Below are positions 1 through 13,544 of a DNA stretch of 64,000 bases, in pieces. Under the pieces are notes generated by a model that was not told the DNA's origin, made no database searches, and was given only the letters and a program-made list of their open reading frames with translations. How positions within the stretch are numbered: the first letter of the stretch is position 1; each line of letters opens with the position of its first letter. The position numbers and the translations under genes are program-made. Source of the DNA: Podarcis filfolensis (lineage: Eukaryota); NCBI GenBank assembly GCA_964270895.1, contig OZ185443.1; one strand, given 5' to 3'.

Positions 1-140
1 ACACTAAAAGCTTCCCTAAACAGGGCTCCCTTCAGATGTCTTCTAAAAGTCTGGTAGTTGTTGTTCTCTTTGACATCTGATGGGAGGGCATTCCACAGGG
101 CGGGTGCCACTACCAAGAAGGCCCTCTGCCTGGTTCCCTG
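1..140 (-). mobile_element. L2-type LINE 3' region fragment
   Basis: agcttccctaaacagggctcccttcagatgtcttct...ttccacagggcgggtgccactaccaagaaggccctctgcc resembles squamate L2 3' ends; the same sequence recurs as cargo in the composite transposon. Confidence 0.65.
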
Positions 141-399
141 AAACTTGGGAAAGGAAGGGAAATTAATAGCACACCTGGATTCAGTGGGCTTTCTAGGCCC
201 TAATTTGCTGCAGTGCAGTCAATCCCAGCACCAGTGGCCTTGTTCACATTGCCATTCAGCTGATTGCTGGTGACATCAAATCTACCATGCTTCTGAAGAA
301 TCAGGAGTGCACTTTAAGGCTCCTGACTGTGTGTGGGCCAAATCTACCCGTTCCACTCCTTATGTCACATATGTTGTCAGATGTGGGGCAGGTGGATGT

Positions 400-735
400 C
401 ATACCCTCCAACATTTCTCTGATGAAAATAGGGACATCCTATTCTTATTTTACTTTTTTATATACCTCACCCATCTAACTGGGTTGCCTCAGCCCCTCTG
501 GGCAGCTTCCAACATATATAAAAAAATAATAAAACACTAAAAAAATTTTAATAAAACTTTCCTATACAGGGCTGCCTTCAGATGGGTTGGATAACTCCAT
601 ACCCTCCAACATTTCTCCAATGAAAATAGACATGTCCTGAGGAAAAGCGGGACATTCCAGGATCAAGTCAGAAACTGGGATGGCTTCTGTAAATCCAGGA
701 ATGTCACTGGAAAATAGTGACACATGGAGGGTCTG
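400..735 (-). mobile_element. Composite non-autonomous DNA transposon (hAT-like) with L2 cargo, copy 1
   Basis: Ends CATACCCTCCAA...TGGAGGGTCTG; internal second end at 598; flanks GGATGT (394-399) and GGTTGT (736-741), a 6-bp TSD with 1 mismatch. Confidence 0.8.
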
Positions 736-1699
736 GGTTGTGGTCTTGAGGAAACTGCCTTGAAGACCTTATTAGGCTTCAGGGCCAGAGGTTCCATTTA
801 TTTGGCATCTCATAAGTACAAATAATAAATCCTGTGCTGGATTTAACAATGCCAGTTAATTTACAGTGGTGGGAAAATAACCATAGTTTACTGCTGAAGA
901 AAAGCATGGATATTGACTGATGAAACCGAAGTGGTCTTTGGATTACAACCTATTTAGGCATTACACACAGGATGGAGGTAGGGTTTCTGTAGGAATAAGG
1001 GAAAATTACCATCTTTAGTGGCATGTCCTTGGAGGACGAGGGAACGTCGTTCAGCTGGATGTGATTCGTTGGCCTTAGTTCAGATATCTCTGATGCCGCT
1101 TCCAGCTGCAATAAAGCACTGCTTGTCTAAAGTGTATAATCTTGATGTGAACAAAAAACTGAAACAAAAATAGGCATACTGTCATTAGATTAAATGTATG
1201 TACTGACAGATCTGTAATACATATTAGGTTTGTGTCCCTAGCTAAATCAATTTTCACTTACCCTTATAAACCACGAAAAATTAGAACCAAAATACTGTTA
1301 AATAAAACCTGTGTGGAGACATTTACAAGCCAAATATGCTGGTAGTATGTTATCTTTGCATATTAAATTATGGCTGGCACATGGACACAGAATGCTTGGC
1401 TGACCTTACTTTTTCCTGTAACAAGGGAGTTTGCTGACAATGGTCTTTTTCTTGGCATATCTTCCAACAAAATTTTGAGACTGAAGATACAGCAGGATCC
1501 TAATCTCAGTGTTTGTTTGTTTTTAAGATAGAAAATCGAAATACTCAAACTCAAATTCATATCTGAGGATTTTTACATGTCTAGCTGTGGATATATATTT
1601 TTAAATAAAGCTAATCTAAGAATAATTAAAGGGAAAGTGTATTGATAAAGTGTTCCCTATACATTCTGTATTCAGTGATGTAATTTTACAAATACTTTA

Positions 1700-2192
1700 C
1701 CGTATTTTTCGCCCTATAGGGCACACCGGCCCATAGGGCGCACCTAGTTTTTTTTGGGGGGGGGGAATAAAGAAAAAAAATTATTCCCCCCCCAGGTGCG
1801 GGGCTGGGGCGGGGGAAGCATGAGCTTCCCCCGACCCCAGCACCCAGAACAGGCTGGTATCCGCAAGCCTTGGGAGCCCGGTGGGAACTCCCGCGGGCTC
1901 TCCGGGCTTGCGGATATCTGTCCGAAGCCCGGGGCGCGCTGCTCAGCACGCCCCAGGCTTCGGGGTGCAGGCTGCTATCCACAAGCCTAGGGAGCCCGGC
2001 GGGAACTCCCGCGGGCTCCCAAGGCTTGCGGATAGCTTCCTGAAGCCTGGAGAGCGAGAGGGGTCGGTGCGCACCGACCCCTCTCGCTCTACAGGCATCA
2101 GCGAAAGTCTGCATTCGCCCCATAGGACGCACACACATTTCCCCTTCATTTTTGGAGGGGAAAAAGTGCGTCCTATAGGGCGAAAAATACGG
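1700..2192. mobile_element. Tc1/mariner-superfamily (Tc2/pogo-like) MITE with a GC-rich hairpin interior
   Basis: Perfect 21-bp TIRs CCGTATTTTTCGCCCTATAGG; TA on both flanks (1698-99, 2193-94). Confidence 0.9.
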
Positions 2193-2809
2193 TAATTTTA
2201 ATCCAATATTTGTAAGTAATATCTACTTTCTTGGTCTCGTGCTCATTTTTATGTTGTTTTTTGTCCCCATGTCAAAATGCAAATATTATTATTTTTTGTT
2301 ATTATACTGATGGCTGTCAAGTGTTTCCATCTTTAAGGTCGTGCCATGCTCCAGTATTACATAGAGTGGTTTCAAGACCTACCAAAAAGGATCAGGTAGA
2401 AGTTGTGTTTCAGATGTGTAAAAGCCAAAGACATTTGTTGTCAAAAAACTTGTGAAGAATTATAGAAAAAATAATAGACACTATTTTATTAATCAGTAAC
2501 CCGTATGCAGTAACTTGTTAATAGCAACAACAAATCCATGTACTACCTTTCTTTGTTACTTGTATGATGGAGTCATCGTGTGATTCCTGGGCTGGGGTAC
2601 AATCCTGGTCTCTGGGGTCAGGCTCTGCCTCCCAATACCTGCATGTTTGCATGGTCATCTTGAAGAATGGCTCATGCCCAAGCTTCCATGCAATTGGGAC
2701 ACTCATTTCTATGTAACTGTGTGATAGTATTTATTTACTATATCTATAAATAAATGAAAAGTCTCTCTTTTTCACCTTAATGAACTCTCTTCACTACTTC
2801 TCCTAACTA

Positions 2810-3050
2810 CAGTGGTTCCTCGGTTTAAGAACAGTCCGGTTTAAGAACAATTTGGTTTACAGACTCCACAAAACTGGAAGTAGTGTCCCGATTTGAGAAC
2901 TTTACCTCGGTCTAAGAACAGAAGCCAAACGGTGGAAGGGCACCAGCAGTGGGAGGCCTCATTAGGGAAAGTGCGCCTCAGTTTAAGAACTGTTTTGGTT
3001 TAAGAATGGACTTCCGGAATGGATTAAGTTCTTAAACCGAGGTATGAGTG
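2810..3050. mobile_element. Tigger-like MITE (diverged subfamily)
   Basis: ta|CAGTGGTTCCTCGGTTTAAG...CTTAAACCGAGGTATGAGTG|ta; repeated gtttaagaac subterminal motifs. Confidence 0.8.
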
Positions 3051-4064
3051 TACTTTGCAATGCTCTTGTTCATCACGTGACATTCCTTGCCAGCATTCTA
3101 AAAATACCAGGGTATTACAGTAAGGGGGCCAGCATTACTGCACTGGCATCTTCTGTATGCAGAAGATTCTGCCTCTTAGGTTGCATGTCAGTGCCGAAGC
3201 TTTCTAAGGATTTAGAGCTGAAGCATGCAATCCAAAGTGCCATTGGATGTGACTCTCTTGTGGACTGTATGATTTCACAATGCAGGTGGGGGGAATCATA
3301 TGTACAAAACGTCATGACAGGGTCAAAGAGCAGGCTGGCTCCGTTGGAAAGTAAGAGAATAACGAGGAGGTGAAATTGTCCTTGACAACTGAAGTAAACA
3401 GAGATGTAGAAGTGAATGTGAGGAACTCCAGACAAAGTTGACACAGCTAATCGAGTCCCAGGGTATATGGTCTGAAGGCACATGAGCCCACCATCTTGCT
3501 GAAACTTAAATGGGTGTGATTTTTCTGGATGCGAGTTTCTGGATGGGTGACTAACTTGGGAACAACATGTAGACTGCCTTGGGTTCTGTAACAGAACAGA
3601 GACAGGATATAAATGTAAGAAAAGAAAAGAAACAAATAATGAACTGATACACTATGTAGCAGCTGATTACACAAAGCGAAAATCCTTGGATGTGTTTACA
3701 CTTTAAATGACTTGGAATGCAATCCTAGCCCTACTTACCTGGAGTAAAGCCCCACTGAATTCAGTAAGACTGACTAATGCCTAGGTGTGGTTAGGATTGT
3801 GTTGTTACCACTTAAAGAGGAGGAAAAGAATTCCAGCCAACAAGTTTAGTCAATCCAGCTAAGGATTGGCTAGTGTTGCCAAGGAGTTTGTGTGTGGCAT
3901 TTTTATGCTTTTCTTCCTACCATGTTTTCCCCTTCTGAAAACACTTATTCAGTACTGGTGCAAAAGCAAAGTATCTCTGTCCCTGGCATAACTGCAGCAT
4001 AGGATAGCTCCATAAGAGGCAGATCTATGAATCATCATCAGTAAGTCTCTACTTTGAATCTCAT

Positions 4065-4250
4065 ATTAGCTGGGGACTCGGTACATAGATGTAGACAAGC
4101 CACACTCTTTCAGCCTTAGCCCCACATCTGGGAATTGGGAATGGGGAGCATAACACTAACCAACCATCCAGGGTTGTTAGAATTATAACCAGATAGCGTG
4201 TGAGAAAATCTTTGAACACCAGAAAGTGTTATATGAACCCCAAGTATTGT
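4065..4250 (+). mobile_element. Old CORE/MIR-like SINE remnant
   Basis: Degenerate ...cacatctgggaattggga...gttgttagaatta...tgtgagaaaatctttgaacac pattern; boundaries approximate. Confidence 0.4.
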
Positions 4251-6415
4251 ATTTTTTATTATGGTATTCCACAGAGTTATTCTGCTTTCTGCAGTCTGGT
4301 TTGCTTGCAAAATGGAGAGGAACATAAGGAATCACTTATTGTTGATTGTCAGCTGAAAGCTTGGGGACCTCTGCAATTGAGCATCAACAAAAGCTGAACT
4401 GAATTTAACATACTTGGCCAGACTTGTATCCTTAGGAAAGAGGCCATATTCAGTTCCTTGAAGTTTACTCCCTATTAATTGGTCCCCAAAGAGATAATTA
4501 ACTCGATGCATGTTCCAAAATAAAATACCCCATCTATTCAAACACCTTCAGCATTGATGGAGTTTCTCTTTTTTGCCACTTCATTCATCAGTAAAGTCTG
4601 GAGGAAAAGATCCACAGTCTTCTTTGGGATACTCAGTTTTAAGAACATGACATTTTTAGCACTGATCAATCAATCAATCAATCCTGGAGCACAAAGTTTT
4701 CTTGTAATAATGCTTGTCCTACAAAACTACCACAGCCTTAATAAAAGGCCATTACTCATGAGATGTTTTCAACTGTGGTTTAAGTAATCTGAGTACAATG
4801 TGCATTGTGTTAGGGATTATAAATCTGCATGTATGTTTTCAAATGCACCTTTCACAATATACTTAGTCAAAAAAGCAGAAAGGACCAGGCACCCCACCCC
4901 CATTTTCTTTGAGTTCTTTAATGTGAAAAACCACAGCCTACCTCGTTTCAAAAATGTGTGTGCCCTCTGCATCTGGTAGAGTCTATGCACATTTTGTACT
5001 TGGGAACCCATAAGTGTAAAGTGTCTCTTGTAAGGAGCGTCCCTTAAAGAAGTTTAATAAAACAGCCTGGAACAGGGGACAGAGAGAGAGAGAGTGTGAA
5101 GCAGTGTGAAGTGAGGACATACATTTCCACAAAATAGAAGGAGTGACAAGCACATTAATATAGATGCATAAGGAAGTGAGAAACTTCAAATTGTGTTAAG
5201 CATCTATTGCTGTCCTTCATCCTCTTCAATCTGGCTTTAAGTCCTTGCTCTTGGCAGTACTTCAGGAGGATTAATAAGGCTTCTAGTTAAAATCAGGCTT
5301 TTTGACTTCACTAAGCTTGGAGATGGGTTACAATATGAACACAGTTTATTGGGCATTGCACCAGCAAAGGCCCGAAGTCAAATGCTCTAGGAAACCACAG
5401 ACCATGGTGTTCTTCTCCAGTGAACAGCATACTGCAAATGACTTTTCCTCCTAACAGTGGGTGGTATCTTAAGGTTTATGAAATTGAAAGCTATTTTACA
5501 CCTTCTCTAAATATAACGTTTTTGAGACCGGGGGGGGGGGGGAGGTTTGCACCTTGTGGTTTTTTCTGTGCATGAAACAGATTCTGAATAAGTAGCAATA
5601 GATCATGACTGCTAAGGGTAAAAAAAGAGAAATCACTTATTGCAAAGCATCAGGGTTAATGTTTTCAGACCACTATGTCAATCTGCATGACAGCTTTAAA
5701 GGAAATAAATTATAGCATGACTGGGAATTGAATGTTTAGTCTGAAAACAGACATGGCTGCGGCTGCATTTTTAGCCTTTGTGGGCTCAGCGAAGGACCCT
5801 TTTGTCAGCTTTTAGCCATGCGAAAGGGTTGGCAGCTTGAAGCATGTGATATTTTGCTGGCTTTGCCTTGATGTTTTGCAGAGAGTGCTTTTTCTCGTGG
5901 AAGGAGATGTGTTGGGAAAGGGAAACTAAACCCAAAGATGTTCATCTTCTCGTGTAAGCACAAGAGCTGCTGTAGAACTTACTGAAATTTGGAATGGGTT
6001 TTTGCACAGACCTTTGCAACATTCTGCTAGCAGCTTCTTTCTGCCTGCCAAGAGTTCTTTGGATTCCCCCTTTTATGCTGGAAGGAAGGCATTTCCAAGT
6101 TCTGCCTCTAAAAACTCAGTTTGAAGCTGAAGGGGAAACTTGTATGATGCTGGCCCAGCAAGGAACAGTGTTCCTCTTGCACACTGATGAAATTAAGAGG
6201 GGTTTTTTGGGGGGTGGGGAGTGTAATTGAAATTATGTATTTATTTTGATCCAGTTGTTCGAGAAACGTTAAGTGGTAGCACAATGCGTATCATGAGGGC
6301 AACAGATGGGATCACTAAGGACACAGGGAGCCTTTGCAGGGTGCATATTTTGCCCTTTCATGAGAGTGAAAATTGGGCACCCATTGTTTTCTTTTGTTCC
6401 CTAGTCAACCCACTA

Positions 6416-6658
6416 CAGTGGTACCTCGGGTTACATACGCTTCAGGTTACATACGCTTCAGGTTACAGACTCCGCTATCCCAGAAATAGTGCTTCAGGTT
6501 AAGAACTTTGCTTCAGGTTGAGAACAGAAATCGTGCTCTGGCGGTGCGGCGGCAGCGGGAGGCCCCATTAGCTAAAGTGGTGCTTCAGGGTTAAGAACAG
6601 TTTCAGGTTAAGTACAGACCTCCAGAACGAATTAAGTACTTAACCCGAGTTACTACTG
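6416..6658. mobile_element. Tigger-like MITE (opposite orientation to the copies at 19903, 28997, 40781, 41762)
   Basis: ta|CAGTGGTACCTCGGGTTA...TAACCCGAGTTACTACTG|ta; repeated cttcaggtta motifs. Confidence 0.9.
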
Positions 6659-6993
6659 TACAACCATCAGATTTGCACAACAAATGCAGTGGCAGTTCAT
6701 AAACATCTGGTTTTGGTTGACTGTGAGTTCCAAAAAGAGGAGACATAGGAGAGTACATACCAACTTTCATACTGCTAAGTTTATATGTGCATGTTAATTA
6801 CCAAAGTTACTATTCCTGGGTAAAGAAAATGATTGTGAATGGGGTGGTGGGGAGGCTTGTGCTGAATGAATAGCTGAGAAAAGACTTTGTCTCTTACTGG
6901 AGCACACAGCATAAGTATTGCTCGCTATTGGTAACATTTGTTCCTTTCATCTACCTGCACACTGTTGAGAAGTGTCTGCAATTACTTTCACAG

Positions 6994-7169
6994 GGAGAGT
7001 CACCCCTGAGCAGCTCAGCTCACATATCCAACTCTTCAAAAAGAAATTTGAGGCCATTGAGAACCATTGTGGGCTTCTGCAGATTGCGCTGGCTGTTGTG
7101 CAGACACTGAAACACCCTCAGAGTGCCAAATGGGACAATTTCCTAGCCTTTGAAAGGTTACTTGTGCAG
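6994..7169 (+). CDS. SCFD2: SCFD2 internal coding exon (probable exon 4; phase 1 to phase 0; 176 nt)
   Basis: Encodes GRVTPEQLSSHIQLFKKKFEAIENHCGLLQIALAVVQTLKHPQSAKWDNFLAFERLLVQ, which I recognise as vertebrate SCFD2 (human GRVTPGQL...KHPQTAKWDNFLAFERLLLQ, from memory). Acceptor ttcacag ends at 6993; donor CAG|GTAAGA with GT at 7170. Confidence 0.96.
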
Positions 7170-8026
7170 GTAAGATATAATGTGAGATTTCTATATCCTT
7201 TCCTCCAAGAAGTTAACAGTGGCACTTTTTAGGTAGGCCACCATCAAGATTCTAGCCAGGCCCCAGCCTTTGCTTCCATTAAAATCTGTAGATTATGCTC
7301 TAAACTAAACTTAAGTTTCCTTGAACTAAGTTTCCTTGAGTTAAGCATGTGCTTAAGTCTCACCCATGTAATCAGAACAACTGAGGCTGTAATCCTATAG
7401 AACTGACCTATAGATCTTTGAACTGACAAGAGCTTACTTTCAAGGAAACATGCATAGGATCAAACTTTTTAAAAAGTTGCCCGGCTTTGCCAAGATTGTG
7501 CCAATTGTATATAAAATATGGTTATACCACTTGTAATTTTATTTGTATTAAAAAAGGAAGCACAGGCTCAGCACTGTGTGCAAAGTCTGCTGAGAAAACA
7601 ACAGCACTGTGTTGAACTAAATTCCGAGTGAAGGGGAAAAAATGCAGAAGAGGAAAAAGGGCAGAAGGCAAGCAAACATTTTAAAATATACATTTTGATG
7701 GTTAGTTGTTACCAAGTCCTTTCTTAATCATACCCATCTCAGGATTTATACCCATTGCCTCCTAACCTTTATAATAGGTTTGGAATTGGAGCCAAAGCAA
7801 ACTTTCGTCTCTGGCATTATAATTGTTTCCTAAGTACACATTCATTTGCTGCAGTCAAATGACAATTATTTTGAATTGCATTATCCATAAGGCTTGCAAT
7901 TTTCTGAACTAGGACACACAGCCCTATTTCTAGCAGGCGGCGGCTTGTGAGGAGGGAAACTGTGGACCTAAGGGAAAACAAATCTGAGTTTCTAAGTTCA
8001 ATGCTCGGAAAACATGGCTGTTCTTA

Positions 8027-8200
8027 GGGAAAGAATCATAGCTTCATTGCAGAGGCTCAGAACCTGGCCTCTCCAGGTAGACCTGAGAAAATCTGCTCTC
8101 CTGAAACCGTAGACAGTCTCTGGCAGTCAGTGTAGACAGTACTGAACTCAATTGTCCACTGGCATGATTCCAGCATAAGGAAACTATGTACTGAATCGTA
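8027..8200 (+). mobile_element. Degenerate tRNA-derived SINE (Squam2-like)
   Basis: ctccaggtag...cctgaaacc...cagtcagtgtagacagtactga body shared with the copies at 45031, 48204 and 63798. Confidence 0.55.
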
Positions 8201-8225
8201 ATACATGATGCCAGCTTCCCTTTCT

Positions 8226-8718
8226 TTAGTCGTTTAGTCGTGTCCAACTCTTTGTGACCCCATGGACCAGAGCACACCAGGCACTCCTGTCTTCCATTCC
8301 TGCCGTAGTTTGGTCAAACTCATGCTGGTAGCTTCGAGAACACTGTCCAACCATCTCGTCCTCTGTTGTCCCCTTCTCCTTGTGTCCTCAATCTTTCCCA
8401 ACATCAGGGTCTTTTCCAGGGAGTCTTCTCTTCTCATGAGGTGGCCAAAGTATTGGAGCCTCAGCTTCACGATCTGTCCTTCTAGTGAGCACTCAGGCTG
8501 AATTCCTTAAGAATGGATAGGTTTGATCTTCTTGCAGTCCATGGGACTCTCAAGAGTCTCCTCCAGCACCATAATTCAAAAGCATCAATTCTTCAGTGAT
8601 CAGCCTTCTTTATGGTCCAGCTCTCACTTCCATACATCACTACAGGGAAAACCATAGCTTTAACTATACAGACCTTTGTTGGCAAAGTGATGTCTCTGCT
8701 TTTTAGGATGCTGTCTAG
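8226..8718 (-). mobile_element. BovB (RTE clade) LINE, 5'-truncated 3' end
   Basis: Minus-strand peptides KLRLQYFGHLMRREDSLEKTLMLGKIE and VKAMVFPVVMYGSESWTIKKAD; tail ggacacgactaaacgactaaa. Confidence 0.95.
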
Positions 8719-9169
8719 CTTTCCAAGATTCTTCATTTCTGCAAGGTGTAGCGGTCTGCTTAAAGTCAGAATTGTGTGATAAAGACTCTGATACATTTCT
8801 CTCTCTGCTTAAGATTTTTTTAATACAATAAATTGCAAATCAACTGCACTGCTCTAAATGTTAGCTGCTGTTATATACCAGTACACCTAGATTTGTCCCT
8901 ATAGTGCTCATGGGATTATAATTTTATAGGGCTGACCAGTATGTGCTTCCTGAACTTACCAGCCCCATTCTCAGTCTGCAAATTTGGGAGAGACAATATG
9001 TGCTTTTGAGGGAGACGGGTTTAAAGAATATTCCTTTCTTTAATGGGGGAATTATGCCAGAATTAAATGTTGCTCTTAGGGGCACTTCTGTCATCCCCCC
9101 CCACCCCGTTAAACATTTTAGAACAGAGACAACTTAAAAGCACGAAAGAACAGCTCAAAGCAATTAAAT

Positions 9170-9740
9170 GGCTGTGTACCACCTCCTGTTAAGATGAGCC
9201 ACCCACTAATTGGACCTTCATTTTCTCCAGATTAAGCCTCATCCAGTCCATTGCAGTCTGCAGACCTCTATTCAGCATGTCTGCATTGGATGAAAATTAG
9301 TAGAGTCACTCCAGCATATTGGTGACCCCCTGGATGCTTGCACTGTGTCATTTCATGTAAAAATCAAACATTGCAAAGTAAAACCCTGTAGCACAAAGTC
9401 CACGGGGTACAACCATACCCTATTTTCATCTCCAACAGTTTACCAGGCAAGAATGAAAGCACCGGAATGCTGTGTCCTAACTTCCTCAGTTCTTGTTCTG
9501 AACAGCTGATCCAGAAGCACACCACGGTCAATGGTGGTAGCGTCACCCAACTCCCAGTTCTTTTCCCACTAAAAGTTATCCAGCAGGTTGACAAAGGCTG
9601 TTTTGCTGCCAAAACAGAGATGGATGCCAGACTGAACTGCATCCAGATCATCAGTGTCATCCAAGAATTCCAGTACAGCCACCACTATTCAAACACCTTG
9701 CCCAGAGAGGGAAGATTTATGACCTGTTGAAAGCTGTTAC
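9170..9740 (-). mobile_element. Degenerate L2 LINE reverse transcriptase fragment
   Basis: Hand translation of the minus strand gives NLPSLGKVFE, LDDTDDLDAVQSG, TIDRGVLLDQL and a QYA(DD)-like motif, with stops and frameshifts. Confidence 0.75.
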
Positions 9741-12700
9741 AGACTTCTGGGTCCAGGGGTGATTTCTTAGGAATATCAGTTGTTAGCAGCAGGGACCACT
9801 ATTAGCAGGGAACATGATGATCTGACTCAGAATCCTAATACAATGTGTCATGGGGAGACTTAAGTAAGGGACAAACGCATTTGCCCACTGATTTTTCCTC
9901 CATCTGTGGGCTCCTTCTCCTCTCGTACACCATCTCCCGATCCATTTTATAGACTCTGCAGTTTTCTAGATTAGGGCTGCTGCGATAATCTGTGCTTCCT
10001 AAAAACGTAAGCTTTCTGAAAAAAAATATCATAGCTCTCAATCAGGAATGGGCAGCCTGTGGCGCATGCAACTGATGTGTTGCACGCACGCTGTGCAACA
10101 TGCTAATGTGTTGACGTGTCATGCACACATGTTCAGTGTGTGCAAGTGACGTGACCACATTGTGCGGTGTGCACACATCACATGGCATGTGCACATCATG
10201 CACACATCACCATAGAATATTGAGCTCTTTTTGGCAGCTAATACCCCCTTGCTGGTTATCTTGAATCACCCACCCAGCCAAATTCCAGCATATGGGAGAG
10301 AAACTAGATGTACTAAATAGTTTATATGGTGACCTATTTAATCTGATGTCTTGCAGAGAGAAAAAACATATTTTGTGCAGATAGACACTCTTAAAAGGCA
10401 AGGCATTTTAAGGATCGCCTTGAGAGAGAAACAGGTTTACACAAGTTGCAAATTGCTGAATATTTGCAAGGCATTTTTGAATGATTAGTATCGCACATTG
10501 ATATTACTATAGCCAACTTTAGAGGCACACCATCATCTTATAAGGAAGAGGCAAATGTGTGTCACATCTGGTGAACATCTAGAGACTTTCTGAAAAACAT
10601 CATCACATTTTTGCGCTTGGAAGTATGCACTAATGCCCTTGAGTTAGCTTCTCCTGCTATGAATGTTTTGAAATTGCAAAACTTCCAAAGATAACAGGAA
10701 CATGTTTCACATAATTGGGAGCGATTGCTTTGCGATGGATGTCCTCATGTGTTTTTGTATCCCAACTTTGGTTGACATTTCGTGCCTTGAAAATACATCA
10801 TGGATGCCATTCTTGTGTTTGTGGAGGGACTTTAGCTGCTTTCCCTTTGACCTGAAGAGGAATCAGTTGAACTAATACTCCAATCCAAAAATCATTGGGC
10901 AGGATCCAAAAGAGCTACTTCTGACCAGGCCCAAGGGTTTGCAGAAACCCAGTGGAGTTTTTGAGTCCTTTTCTTTCAATAGCTGACTCCATGCTGGACT
11001 TTTTATGGTTGCAGTTTCAAAAGCAGTTTGTTATGCCATATGGAAAGCTGGAGCAGGTCTCCTGTTTTGAAGAAAAACAACCCTAATGCCCCCATTGAGT
11101 ATACAGAACTATGCTCAAGAACTATACAATGATGATGATGATTCTGGCTATATTATTGGGGGGGTTATGTTTACCATAAAATCTAGATACTTGTTTTTTG
11201 CTTCTATAAACTCTAGATACAGATTATCTTCTTTTTGAGAAATGTTAACATTCTTGAAACTGATTGTACTATAGTTTTAAACAACTGCTTTTTCAACCCA
11301 CGAGCAAAGCCAACTACCCAGGCCACAATCTTCATCTTATCTGCTCACCAAAAGAAAAATTGTTCCCTCCTGTATGTGTGCAGTCTATATGGAACAAAAA
11401 GAAGAAGCAGCAAAACTGCCCTTCAGGGCAGAATTTCATGGTTGTTCAACAGCTTTGAATGCAGGACTTGTGAGGCATTTGCAGGGTGGACTTGATCAGC
11501 AGCTGAAACACTTAACCACTCCCATAGATGCCTGTTCTCCTACTGATAGGACTGTTTCCCCTCCTTGCTTCCAGTTTCTGAGACCATGTAGAAATAAAAT
11601 AATTTAATATGCCCACCACAGGAAGGAATTGGCAGGGGAGGAATGGTAGGCTGGAAAATGTTTTAAGCACCTCCTCTGTCCTGATAATTTCCCCCTACAG
11701 TTGATCCTTCAAATGGGGAACCCTGGATTTCCCAGTAGAGTCTACTTTTGCCCTTAGACTGTGTCCTTTCTATTTTCATTTAAAGTCTGTACAGATATAC
11801 AGTCTGTCTATGTTCATTTACCCTGCCCCTTCAATAGATTTTACAGATTTAACACTGCGAATTTTAGTCTGTTTAAAGTGTTAGATATTTTCTTGTTCAT
11901 TGTATTTGTTTTATGTTGCACACTACCCTGAAGTCTGACATGAGGAAGGGCTGTATAAAAGTGTTTTAACATGTATGATCTGTCTGCTTTGAAAAGGAGC
12001 TGAGCCCACAGAGGTGGGTCATTTCATGAGCATCTTTCCCAGCTTTGAAATGGAGCAGCTGCCCTATTGATGATTTTCAGTGATTACTACAAGGTAGCAT
12101 TAGAGAACGGAATGATTCCTGCTTGGCTAGAATTATCCCTGCAACCAGGATAAGAAACATCACCATTGCTCTGAATAGATTTCATTTTCTTTTAGGGATG
12201 TCAGAACATAACCAAATCAGATTAATTACATAGGATCATGATTTCATCACATCCAGTACCTGAACTCTGCTTGGCAGGGTTCACTTAAGAAGGAAAAAGA
12301 GGACTGAAACAGTGCCTATAAATACCGGTAGTTTTGAGGAGCCATGTAAAAGGCAAAAATAATCACTTTTGAATAGATTTCCCTGCTCTTGAAATAGTTA
12401 CTTTTGAGGACATTGAGAGAGAACATTTGGCTCAACTCTAGTTTTGATTACTTGGTTTTGATTCCTAACTGTTTTCATGGAAGAATGGCAGCAAAATTTG
12501 AGAACAGTGTACTTTCCCCTCATTCTTCCTATTATGTAGAGCAAAGTTAAAGTTTGCCCTGATATCTGTTTACACTTTATCCTCAGGTGCAAGTAACACA
12601 ATCTTAGTTGGGCACGCAGAATGCGAAGCCAAAACTTAAAGCACGTTTGGTTGGTGTAGACTGACAAAGTAAGGACAGGAAAAAAATCTTGCTCCTGATT

Positions 12701-13544
12701 TAATAATAAACTTGAATTCCCTTTTGCAACATGACTTTTGACATAGCAAGAAGTCCAAAATGAAAACCAGAGTGGAGTGAACGTCTTGAAAGAAATGTGC
12801 CTTCAATTAGCCCTTGCAGAGGCGCTTTCTCTGGTAAAAAACTTCAGGTTGAAAAGTTCACGCACACGACTTCAGCTTGGTTCCTGCAGCTTATTTGGAA
12901 TCTTGGGCTATTCAAGCATATATCTCTGTACAGTTAATGTCAGGGGCTCCCAGTAACATAACTTCAGTCAAACCAAACCATATTTCACCTTTCATTATCT
13001 TATTGAATATTTCAGTTTTGAGTTGCAAGACATCTCAAGATGCTAACCTCTCTCTTTCTCTATCTCTTTCATATTAATTATTTTTGTTGATCACATATAG
13101 ACCTAACATATGTGCCAGACAGAAGAAATGTAGAATAATGTCCATGTCCTAAAACTATTGTATTTTAAAAGATTTTTAAGCTATCAAATCTGCAGCAAGA
13201 ACTGCACGTTTGCCAAGCAACCTTTTCCTTCTAATTTTGGTTTAGGCATGTAGGAAACCAGGAGTACAGAATATTGTGTTCATGCTTGTTAATCATCCCT
13301 CTTGAGCCAGGTATCCTTGATGCCCCGTACTAAGAAGTCTGGCCACGTAGGTTCAAGTAGTTTCACCAGGAACTTTAAACCCTACATGAAGGATAGGAAG
13401 AACTACACAACTGTGTATTAAAAATGGGTTTCAGGTTGTGCTTCCCAAAATGCAATGTTATCTCCAGGAAGACAGTTTAGCAACTGTGTGGTGTTTCAAA
13501 GGTAGCTTCCAATATGGCCTGGAGATCTGCTGTTCAAAGGGGAA

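Noticed and set aside
1686-2195. GC-rich overlapping ORFs and a CpG-island-like patch suggesting a promoter or gene
   Set aside because: Entirely inside a TIR/TA-bounded MITE; the ORFs are by-products of GC-rich hairpin repeats.
6227-6415. ORF just upstream of the first SCFD2 exon as a possible extra exon
   Set aside because: No resemblance to the expected preceding SCFD2 peptide (…EAASRENLPIKMSM); the ORF runs into a MITE. The preceding exon is probably upstream of the window.
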